A stretch of DNA of 34,395 bases from Alphaproteobacteria bacterium (GTDB taxonomy: Bacteria > Pseudomonadota > Alphaproteobacteria > CAWBKL01). Shown here piece after piece: positions 1-7,429 of the stretch. A program made the translations under genes and the position numbers. The notes beneath the pieces are model-generated. The model was given only the letters and a program-made list of their open reading frames with translations, made no database searches and was not told where the DNA came from. Each line of letters opens with the position of its first letter. The first letter of the stretch is position 1. Location of the stretch: contig JBAQHC010000431.1 in NCBI GenBank assembly GCA_049288095.1, positions 1 to 34,395 on the forward strand, given 5' to 3'.

Positions 1-251
1 ACCTCAACGTCCTTTTCCTTCATGCCAGGCAAGTCGGCGACGACCTGCACAGCCTCCGGCGTCTCGCTGATATCGAGCTTTGCGATCAGCGAGCCATCGC
101 CCGACTCCTCGAAGCCGAGGCGCGGCAGATTCCAGCCGCGGAAGTATGAATGGAACATGCGGTCCATCTCGTCCTGCAACCGGTCGAACGGATCGCGGAG
201 TGAAGCGCGCGCGGGGCTCTGCTTGGTTGTGGGTTGCACTTGATTTGCCAT
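1..251 (-). CDS. Small heat-shock protein, Hsp20/alpha-crystallin family (N-terminal part; 3' end runs off the window)
   Basis: Absent from the ORF track because there is no stop inside the window. Reverse-strand translation from the ATG at 251..249 gives MANQVQPTTKQSPARASLRDPFDRLQDEMDRMFHSYFRGWNLPRLGFEESGDGSLIAKLDISETPEAVQVVADLPGMKEKDVEV... The 'DPFxxLxxEMDRMF' block and 'DIxET...DLPGxxKEDVxV' (start of the alpha-crystallin domain) are classical sHSP signatures. GGGAGA Shine-Dalgarno 7 nt upstream of the ATG. Confidence 0.8.
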   Translation of the reverse strand, partial: MANQVQPTTKQSPARASLRDPFDRLQDEMDRMFHSYFRGWNLPRLGFEESGDGSLIAKLDISETPEAVQVVADLPGMKEKDVE

Positions 252-361
252 TGATCAGTCTCCCTTCAAAGTGCCGTTGGAAACTCATCTCACTTGAACG
301 GCGCCACGGCCTTGATCGCCGTCAAAATCTCTCAACCAATTCCTTCACACGAGCTCTTGAA

Positions 362-2227
362 CTAAGAAACACGCACGTAAAGCCCGGGCGCATCGCGCTG
401 CGGTGAATATTTCGCCGAGCCCATCGCCGGCGGCTTCACATTCTCACCCGAGTTCTTATCGAGCCACGACAGCCATTCCGGCCACCACGACCCTTCCTTT
501 AGCGCCGCCTGCTCGAGCCATGTCTCGGGATCGACATAAAGGGCTTCGTGCTGCTTTGTCTGCACGCGGTAGTGACGATTGTCATGTCCGGGCTCCGAGA
601 CGATACCAGCATTATGACCGCCGCTCGTCAGAACGAAGGTCACGCCGGTGTCAGTGAGCAGATGAATCCGGAATGCGGAACGCCAAGGCGCGACATGATC
701 CCATTCGGTGCCGATCGCGAAAACCGGCACGGAGATATCCATAAGCGTGACGGGTTTGCCGCCGGCTTTGTACCGGCCTTCGGCGAGATCGTTATTGAGA
801 TAGAGCTCGCGCAGATATTGCGAGTGCATGGTGTAAGGCAGGCGCGTCGCATCGGCGTTCCACGCCATAAGGTCGGTCATTGGCTGGCGCTCGCCCATCA
901 GATAATCGCGAATGATACGCGACCAGATGAGATCGTTGGAGCGCAAGAGCTGGAATGCGCCAGACATTTGCTTGGTGTCGAGGAAGCCTTGCTCCCACAT
1001 CACGTCTTCGAGGAAATCGAGCTCGCTTTCGTCGATGAATAGCGTGAGCTCGCCCGCCTCGGTGAAATCGGTTTGCGAGGCGAGAAGCGTGATGGATTTG
1101 AGCCGCTTATCGCCATCGCGCGCCATAGCCGCTGCCGCAATCGAGAGCAGCGTGCCGCCCAGGCAATAGCCGGTTGCGTGAATTTTCGTTTCTGGAACGA
1201 TGGAGGAGATGGCATCAAGCGCAGCCATGATGCCTGTTTCGCGATAATCCTCCATGCCGCGGCCGCGATCCTCCGGCGAGGGATTTTTCCATGAGATCAT
1301 GAAGACCGTGAAGCCTTGGTCGCGTAGATAACGGACGAGCGAGTTATGCGGGCTGAGATCGAGAATGTAATATTTCATGATCCAGGCCGGCACGATCAGG
1401 ATCGGCTCCTCGCGTACGCTCTCGGTCGAGGGCGCGTATTGGATGAGCTCCATCAGCTCGTTTTGCAGCACGACCTTGCCCGGTGTCATCGCAACTTTTT
1501 CACCCGGCACAAACGCCTCGGCGCCCACCGGCGGCTTGCCGCTCATTACGCGTTCTCGATCTTCGAGAAAATGATAGAAACCGCGCACGAAATTCATCCC
1601 GCCTTCGCGGATCGTCTTCTCCAGCACTTCGGGATTCGTCAACACGAAATTCGAGGGCGCGACGATGTCGAGCAACTGGCGCGCGGCAAATGAGACTTCC
1701 TTCTCATGCTGGCGCGTGACGCCGTGAATGTCGGTCGTGGCGTTGTGCCACCACTGCTGCTGCAGCAAGAAGGCTTGAGAAATGATGTTGTAGGGAAACT
1801 GCTTCCAAGCATCGCCGGTAAAGCGGTGATCCTGCGGCAGCGGCTCGATGCAAGGCACGCCATCGCCGAACGCGGAAGGGCTGAGCATGTAATTGATAAA
1901 GCGCGCCCACTTTTTTGCGCCCTTCTCGACAAGCTGCGTGCGCTTGCCGGGTGATGTCGCTAAGTGGATTGCCCAATCCATATAGGCAAGCGCGAGAGCC
2001 GGTGGCGAAAGCGCGCCCGTAAAGCGTGCCATAGCCGCATTCATCGAGCGGTCGATAATCTCGGAGAACGCGGTCGAAGAGTAAGAGTCGCGCTCAATAA
2101 GCGGCGGCAGCCTTGTGGCTCCGGGCAGAAACGTGTTGAGGAGCGCCGCCGGCCAGGGCGACAATATTTCTGTCTTGGGCTTTGCCGAATCGGCGGGTTG
2201 GACAGGGCGAAGCGGTACGGTCGTCAT
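362..2227 (-). CDS. phaC: Class I poly(3-hydroxyalkanoate) synthase
   Basis: 621-aa ORF. It carries PhaC hallmark blocks 'ILIVPAWIMKYYILDLSPHNSLVRYLRDQGFTVFMISWKNP' and 'FLLQQQWWHNATT', plus the lipase-box 'GYCLGG' with the catalytic Cys. Length fits class I synthases. Confidence 0.95.
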   Translation of the reverse strand: MTTVPLRPVQPADSAKPKTEILSPWPAALLNTFLPGATRLPPLIERDSYSSTAFSEIIDRSMNAAMARFTGALSPPALALAYMDWAIHLATSPGKRTQLVEKGAKKWARFINYMLSPSAFGDGVPCIEPLPQDHRFTGDAWKQFPYNIISQAFLLQQQWWHNATTDIHGVTRQHEKEVSFAARQLLDIVAPSNFVLTNPEVLEKTIREGGMNFVRGFYHFLEDRERVMSGKPPVGAEAFVPGEKVAMTPGKVVLQNELMELIQYAPSTESVREEPILIVPAWIMKYYILDLSPHNSLVRYLRDQGFTVFMISWKNPSPEDRGRGMEDYRETGIMAALDAISSIVPETKIHATGYCLGGTLLSIAAAAMARDGDKRLKSITLLASQTDFTEAGELTLFIDESELDFLEDVMWEQGFLDTKQMSGAFQLLRSNDLIWSRIIRDYLMGERQPMTDLMAWNADATRLPYTMHSQYLRELYLNNDLAEGRYKAGGKPVTLMDISVPVFAIGTEWDHVAPWRSAFRIHLLTDTGVTFVLTSGGHNAGIVSEPGHDNRHYRVQTKQHEALYVDPETWLEQAALKEGSWWPEWLSWLDKNSGENVKPPAMGSAKYSPQRDAPGLYVRVS

Positions 2228-2264
2228 CAGTTCGGCTCGCTTCTGAATTCAGCCGGAACATAGC

Positions 2265-2684
2265 TCAGCGCATATGTTCCCAGAGATTGCGTTCTTCCTC
2301 GAGCCGGTCTTGCTCGTCGGCCTTGAAATCGCCGCGCGATACAATACCGAGTATCTTCCCCTCTTTGACGACAGGCAGATGACGATAGCCACCGTCCCAC
2401 ATGATTCTCAAAGCATCGATCGCCGTCTGCTCGGGCGACAGTGTATCGGGATTGGTCGTCATAACCTCGGCAAGCTTCGTGCGTATCGCATCTTTACCTT
2501 GCGCGAGCACGCGGCAGACCGCATCGCGCCCCGTGAATATGCCGGCGAGCTTTCCGCTCTTGTCGGTTGCCATCACGGAACCAGCCCTCCTGTCGTTCAT
2601 CAGCACGCAAGCGTCCTTGACGCTCGCATCCTGAGGCAGGATCAGAGGATTTTGATTGAAGATAATGTCCGATAGACGGCGCAT
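2265..2684 (-). CDS. CBS-pair domain protein (~139 aa)
   Basis: ORF 2265..2732. I start it at the internal ATG (2684..2682) because GGAGG (complement of 2691..2695) lies 6 nt upstream. Two CBS repeats are visible ('AGSVMATDKSGKLAGIFTGRD', 'YRHLPVVKEGKILGIVSRGD'). It ends 37 nt upstream of phaC on the same strand. Confidence 0.85.
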   Translation of the reverse strand: MRRLSDIIFNQNPLILPQDASVKDACVLMNDRRAGSVMATDKSGKLAGIFTGRDAVCRVLAQGKDAIRTKLAEVMTTNPDTLSPEQTAIDALRIMWDGGYRHLPVVKEGKILGIVSRGDFKADEQDRLEEERNLWEHMR

Positions 2685-2823
2685 GTTGGCCCTCCGCGAC
2701 TGCTTCGAGCACCTACCTCGATCTAAGGCCAAATCCGAAAATCGTTCAATATGGGTTCCTGCGCCTTGATCTAGATCACCGGCACGAGAATTCAGATGGC
2801 TTAAGGGGAGGCGAGGTTCTGTT

Positions 2824-4383
2824 ATGGCCGAAAACAGCGGAGATCAAAGCGCCGTCTTCTCCTTTCTCGGCGATCCCGTAACTCACGGGCTTTCGGAGCC
2901 GGTCAAACGCATCACGACGCATGGCGCCGCCGTCTTCCTGGCCGGAGGCGATGCCTACAAAGTGAAGCGGGCGGTGCACTATCCCTATATGGACTTCTCA
3001 ACCCTCGAGAAGCGCAAGGCCGCATGCGAGAACGAGATTGTGATCAATCGCGAGAACGCGCCCAAGCTTTATCTCGGGGTCGTTGCGATCACCAAGGATG
3101 CCGCCGGCCTTCACCTTGGCTGGCCGGGAGAGGTCGTTGAGTGGGCGGTTCATCTTCGCCGCTTTGATGAAGACGCAACGCTCGACCTGGTGGTTGCGCA
3201 CGGCGGCACACTCGATCCTCAATTGATCGCATCGCTCGCGCAAAGAGTTGAAGCCATGCATCGGCGCGCGCCTGTTCGCGACGGCGCGGCGGGGACGCGC
3301 GCGCTCCGTGCGGCGCTGGATGAGACGCTTGGCGAGTTACGAGAAAGCTCGGAATTTGTTGCTCCCGCCCTCGTCGAGTGGCTCGTGGAGCACATGACGC
3401 ACGACTTCAATCGCCTGGAGCCGCTGCTTCTCTTCCGTGGCAATCGCGGGCGCGTGCGCCGGTGCCACGGCGATTTGCATCTTCGCAACATTGTGCTCAT
3501 CGATGGCGAGCCCGTGATCTTCGATGCGCTCGAATTCGACGATGCGCTCGCAACCACCGATACGCTTTATGACCTTGGCTTCCTGCTCATGGATCTCTGC
3601 GAGCACGGTTTGATCGCCGAGGCCAATCAGCTGCTCAATCATTATCTCTGGTGCTGCGAAGACGAAAAAGGCGAGATCGAAGGCCTCGCTCTCATGCCCT
3701 TGTTTCTCGCCTTGCGAGCGCTCATCCGCGCAAAAGTGACGATCACGCAGATACGCCAAACGCCGCAAGATGCAGCGGAGCGCGCGCAAGGGCAATCGGC
3801 GATCAATTCTTATCTTAACGCCGCACGATCATTTCTCGATCCCGAGCCTGCCCGCGTTATTGCGATTGGCGGCCTCTCCGGCACTGGCAAGACGACGCTT
3901 GCTGCGGCGATCGCTCCCGAGATCGGCACGGCGCCGGGCGCAGTTCATCTGCGCAGCGATATCGAGCGCAAGCGCATGTTCGGCGTCGATCCAAGCACGC
4001 ATCTCAGCCGCGAGGCCTATGATGCCTCGGTCTCAAAGCGCGTTTACCAAACCCTGAGCGACTATGCGGCCACCACGCTCGGCGTGGGACGAAGCGTCAT
4101 TGTCGATGCCACATTTCGCTCAGCACATGAGCGGGAGGCGATTGCTACAGTGGCCAAAGAGCACCCCTTCACTGGAATTTGGCTGGAGGCGCCGCGCGCT
4201 GTCTTGCTTGCCCGCGTGGCGGCGCGGCAGCGCGACGCATCCGACGCGACCGCGCCCGTCGTTACCGTCCAATTGAGCGAAGAACCCGGGCAAATTTCCT
4301 GGACCCGGCTTGATGCTTCTCAATCGATTGAAAAGCTTAAAGCGGCAGTGTTGCAATTGATCGCCCGGCACCACACCTCATAG
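2824..4383 (+). CDS. Bifunctional aminoglycoside-phosphotransferase-like / P-loop ATP-binding protein
   Basis: 519-aa ORF. The N-terminal half has the kinase-like catalytic loop 'CHGDLHLRNIVL' and 'FDALEFDD'. The C-terminal half has the Walker A motif 'GGLSGTGKTTLA' (AAA_33/zeta-like kinase fold). Purine-rich GGGGAGG/GAGG lies upstream of the ATG. Confidence 0.85.
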   Translation: MAENSGDQSAVFSFLGDPVTHGLSEPVKRITTHGAAVFLAGGDAYKVKRAVHYPYMDFSTLEKRKAACENEIVINRENAPKLYLGVVAITKDAAGLHLGWPGEVVEWAVHLRRFDEDATLDLVVAHGGTLDPQLIASLAQRVEAMHRRAPVRDGAAGTRALRAALDETLGELRESSEFVAPALVEWLVEHMTHDFNRLEPLLLFRGNRGRVRRCHGDLHLRNIVLIDGEPVIFDALEFDDALATTDTLYDLGFLLMDLCEHGLIAEANQLLNHYLWCCEDEKGEIEGLALMPLFLALRALIRAKVTITQIRQTPQDAAERAQGQSAINSYLNAARSFLDPEPARVIAIGGLSGTGKTTLAAAIAPEIGTAPGAVHLRSDIERKRMFGVDPSTHLSREAYDASVSKRVYQTLSDYAATTLGVGRSVIVDATFRSAHEREAIATVAKEHPFTGIWLEAPRAVLLARVAARQRDASDATAPVVTVQLSEEPGQISWTRLDASQSIEKLKAAVLQLIARHHTS

Positions 4384-4417
4384 GGTCGGTTGCGAGTGTT
4401 GTTTTCCGAAGGCCAGA

Positions 4418-6079
4418 ATGCGCCTCATTCTCATTAATCTCTTCAGAAATCTCTTCAGAGCGGCGAAAATCGCCGCGCTGGCGCTTTTTCTTGGCTTTGC
4501 GGCAGCCGCGCCTGCCACGCAGGCCAACGCCACGCAAACGCAACTGGCTGCGCTGAGCTCGCGCATCGCGCTTGAAATCTCGGCTCAAAGCCCGCTCGGC
4601 TCAATCGATGCGCCGGCGCTTCAGGCGTTTTATGGCGCTCGCGCGTTCGCACCGATCTGGATCACCGACAAAGCGGGCTCCGCGCTCGCGCAATCAACGC
4701 TGATGGCGGCGGGGAATGAGGGCCTCAATCCCGAGGATTATCACGCAAGCGCAATTGCGAAGCTCGCCGGCGGCACGACCCTTGATCAGGTAGGCCGCGA
4801 GCTCCTGTTGACCGACGGGCTTTTGAAATACGCCTATGATTTGCGCTTGGGACACCTGGCGCCCAATGAAGTCGATGGCGACATCGAATTGCCAGCGCAG
4901 TCGTTCCAGGCCGCGGGCGAGCTTAGCAAGGCCCTGGCCGGAGGCACGCTTGGTCAATTCCTCGCTGATCTCCCGCCGCCGCACCCGGAATATGCGGCGC
5001 TGCGCGATGCGCTCAAACGCTATCGCAAGATCGCGGAGGATGGCGGCTGGGCACAATTCACCTTCGCGCCGAAGGACAAGAGCGCGGCAGCGAAGACGGC
5101 GTTGTGGGCACGTTTGCGTGCGGAGGATGCAAGCCTCGGCGCGCAGAACGCGAAGGACAACAACGCGCTTTCGCAAGCGCTTGCCCGCTTCCAGGCGCGC
5201 AATGGCCTTGCTGTTGACGGCAAGCTTTCGGAGCGCACAATCGATGCGCTTAACGTGCCTGCCCTGCAAAGGATCAGCCAAATCGAAGCGAATATGGAGC
5301 GGTGGCGCTGGCTGCCGCGCACATTCGAGGCCGACTATGTCGCCGTCAACGTGCCCGACGCATCACTCATTGCCGTGCACGGTGGAAAGACGGTTCTCAC
5401 ATCGCGCGTGGTTGTCGGCCGCCCGAATGACCCAACGCCGATTCTGCGCGCCACAATCACTGCCGTTACCGCGAATCCGCCTTGGGATGTGCCGATGTCG
5501 ATCGCGCGGAAAGAGTATCTACCTAAGCTCAGGAAAGATTCTGCCTTTCTCGCGGAGCATCACATCTTCATCAAAGAGCGGCCGGGTGATCCGAGCGGCG
5601 CGACCATCGCGTGGCCCAAGGTCGCGGCGCGCGACTTCAACTATCATCTGCGGCAGGCGCCCGGTCCCGACAATGCACTCGGCAGGGTCAAGCTCGAAAT
5701 GCCGAACAAATATTCGGTCTATTTGCACGACACGCCGAACACGGCCGTGTTCGCCAACAATGACCGTGACCTAAGCCATGGCTGCATGCGCGTTGACCGC
5801 ATCGTAGAGCTTGCATCGGTTGCGCTCAGCGGCGATCCCGCGGCAGAGACCGACACCGTGAAGGCGTTGATCGACGCGGGCGAGACAAAAACGGTGCCGC
5901 TCATCAAGCCGATTCCGATCTACGCGCTCTACTGGACGGCGTTTGTGAACGGCGCAGGCGAGACCCAATTTCGCCGCGATCTATATGGCCGCGACGGGCG
6001 CCTGATCGCCCTCCTCAAAGGGCAACCCGGGGAGCAACGCCTGGCCGAATCCCAAGGCTGCCCGGTCCACGCCGGTTAG
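4418..6079 (+). CDS. L,D-transpeptidase family protein (YcbB/LdtD-like) with peptidoglycan-binding domain
   Basis: 553 aa. There is an N-terminal hydrophobic signal-like segment and a PG_binding repeat 'LARFQARNGLAVDGKLSERTIDALN'. The YkuD catalytic motif 'LHDTPNTAVF...LSHGCMRV' is present. GAAGG lies 6 nt upstream of the ATG. Confidence 0.9.
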   Translation: MRLILINLFRNLFRAAKIAALALFLGFAAAAPATQANATQTQLAALSSRIALEISAQSPLGSIDAPALQAFYGARAFAPIWITDKAGSALAQSTLMAAGNEGLNPEDYHASAIAKLAGGTTLDQVGRELLLTDGLLKYAYDLRLGHLAPNEVDGDIELPAQSFQAAGELSKALAGGTLGQFLADLPPPHPEYAALRDALKRYRKIAEDGGWAQFTFAPKDKSAAAKTALWARLRAEDASLGAQNAKDNNALSQALARFQARNGLAVDGKLSERTIDALNVPALQRISQIEANMERWRWLPRTFEADYVAVNVPDASLIAVHGGKTVLTSRVVVGRPNDPTPILRATITAVTANPPWDVPMSIARKEYLPKLRKDSAFLAEHHIFIKERPGDPSGATIAWPKVAARDFNYHLRQAPGPDNALGRVKLEMPNKYSVYLHDTPNTAVFANNDRDLSHGCMRVDRIVELASVALSGDPAAETDTVKALIDAGETKTVPLIKPIPIYALYWTAFVNGAGETQFRRDLYGRDGRLIALLKGQPGEQRLAESQGCPVHAG

Positions 6080-6172
6080 TGGAAGAGATTGGCCTCGGCA
6101 TGGCGGGAGCGCTCTTCCCGGCGCTGGTCATCGCCCTGCAATCTGCCGGCAGCCAGGTCCACTCCTCGAGGC

Positions 6173-6895
6173 TTAGAATCGCCGCTCAATACTTGCCGAC
6201 ACGCCCATTGCGTTGAAGCCGTAATTGGGGTCGGTCATGAAGAGATCGGATTCGTGTTGATTGAGCGTGCCAATAGAAGCGCTCCACCGATCGTTGATCT
6301 GATAACGCACGCCGGCGCCGAGCAAATAGCCGAAGGTTAGATTTTGCTGTTGGCCTTGAAAGATCTTGCTGGCATTCGTGGCAGTAAGAGCCAAGCGCAT
6401 CTCGATGTAAGGTGACAAGCGGCTGTCTCGAGGAACGAAATTGTATCGGATGCCGGCAAGAGCGCCGACAATGTAGTCTTCGGGGCCGTGCAGGATCGCG
6501 CTGTACATAACGCCAAAGCTCGCTTCCCAATCGCCTCGCAAGAAACTCCAGCCGCCTGGATCCGTGATCCGATAGCGTGCCGACAGAACTTGCGTGGCCA
6601 GGCGATAATTGAGCGGGTTGGGGCCTTCGTAACGCGTCTTCACCAGAAACAAGAATGGGTTCTGCGTGGTGGCGAAGAGGTCTGAGGTTTCGAAACTCAA
6701 TGACCAGCGGCCAAGCCGAATGCCGTTCTGCACGGAAGAGGAGTTCGCTGTCGAGCTTGAAGTGACGGGTTCAGGCATTGAAGGCAGCGGCACGTCCATG
6801 CCAGGCGCGTGAGCCGGCGGAACCGCCGGGACCTTGGGATCCGCCGCTACGCGACCAACGCCGCAAAGCATGGCCAATACAACAGCCAGCCCCAT
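6173..6895 (-). CDS. Outer-membrane beta-barrel protein, possibly lipid A deacylase (PagL)/acyloxyacyl hydrolase-like
   Basis: 240 aa. It has a signal peptide 'MGLAVVLAMLCGVGRVAA', alternating hydrophobic beta-strand pattern and C-terminal '...SASIERRF' ending in Phe, which is typical of OM barrels. A near-C-terminal 'HESD' resembles the PagL His-x-Ser catalytic pair. The family assignment is tentative. Confidence 0.6.
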   Translation of the reverse strand: MGLAVVLAMLCGVGRVAADPKVPAVPPAHAPGMDVPLPSMPEPVTSSSTANSSSVQNGIRLGRWSLSFETSDLFATTQNPFLFLVKTRYEGPNPLNYRLATQVLSARYRITDPGGWSFLRGDWEASFGVMYSAILHGPEDYIVGALAGIRYNFVPRDSRLSPYIEMRLALTATNASKIFQGQQQNLTFGYLLGAGVRYQINDRWSASIGTLNQHESDLFMTDPNYGFNAMGVSASIERRF

Positions 6896-7429
6896 GAGTC
6901 CTCTACATCTCTTGTTCTTGCGCCCGGCTTAGCCTTGGGTCCGCGAGGACTAATTCACGACTTCGGAATAAGATCCACGCGCTGGCGAGTTTAAGCCGCA
7001 ATTTTTTCGCGGCGAAGCAACAAATAAAATCCAGAAATCATCTGTAGATTGGCGTACCGGCGACGAGGCGCCATTTTCACGCGCGCAGAGTCATGGAACT
7101 CGGTCAGGTCCGTCGCGCCATTGCTACGGAGTCGCCGTCGCGTTGCGCGCCATCATATTCGAGATAAGAAAGCGAAACAAGAAACCGGATCGAGGAAGCT
7201 ACCGGCCGACGGCGCGGCCAATGTATGCCGTAGGATTGATCGGGTGATCACCTGCGGGTATGCCCGCGACTTGGCCAGTATTTCCCAGTACGCGCTACCA
7301 GGATGAACGCGCTGCCAGTGAGCCGCGCGATTGTGGCCCCGTATTTATGGTTTCTTATGGGCCTTCACCAAACATAAGCAGCGACACTCGCTGGCAACAT
7401 GCTCTGTCTCGCGAGGACTCGAGCCAATC

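Noticed and set aside
4-406. Track ORFs 4..288 (-), 22..243 (+) and 80..406 (+)
   Set aside because: They are Arg/Ser/Pro-rich with no motifs. A different minus-strand frame gives a textbook Hsp20 N-terminus with a good SD, so these are frame shadows.
4836-5774. 312-aa plus-strand out-of-frame ORF inside the L,D-transpeptidase gene. Similar long shadow ORFs occur inside other genes (e.g. 16959..17708 -, 17886..18497 -, 19532..20170 -, 28133..28789 +, 28789..29658 +, 32969..33631 -, 23878..24534 +).
   Set aside because: All overlap strongly supported genes in another frame or strand and have extreme Arg/Ala/Ser composition. These are typical high-G+C shadow ORFs.
7331-7429. N-terminal extension of the Hpt-protein ORF from the TTG at 7331
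   Set aside because: The extension (MWPRIYGFLWAFTKHKQRHS...) has no SD and precedes an in-frame ATG with GAGGA upstream. The shorter start is preferred but unproven.
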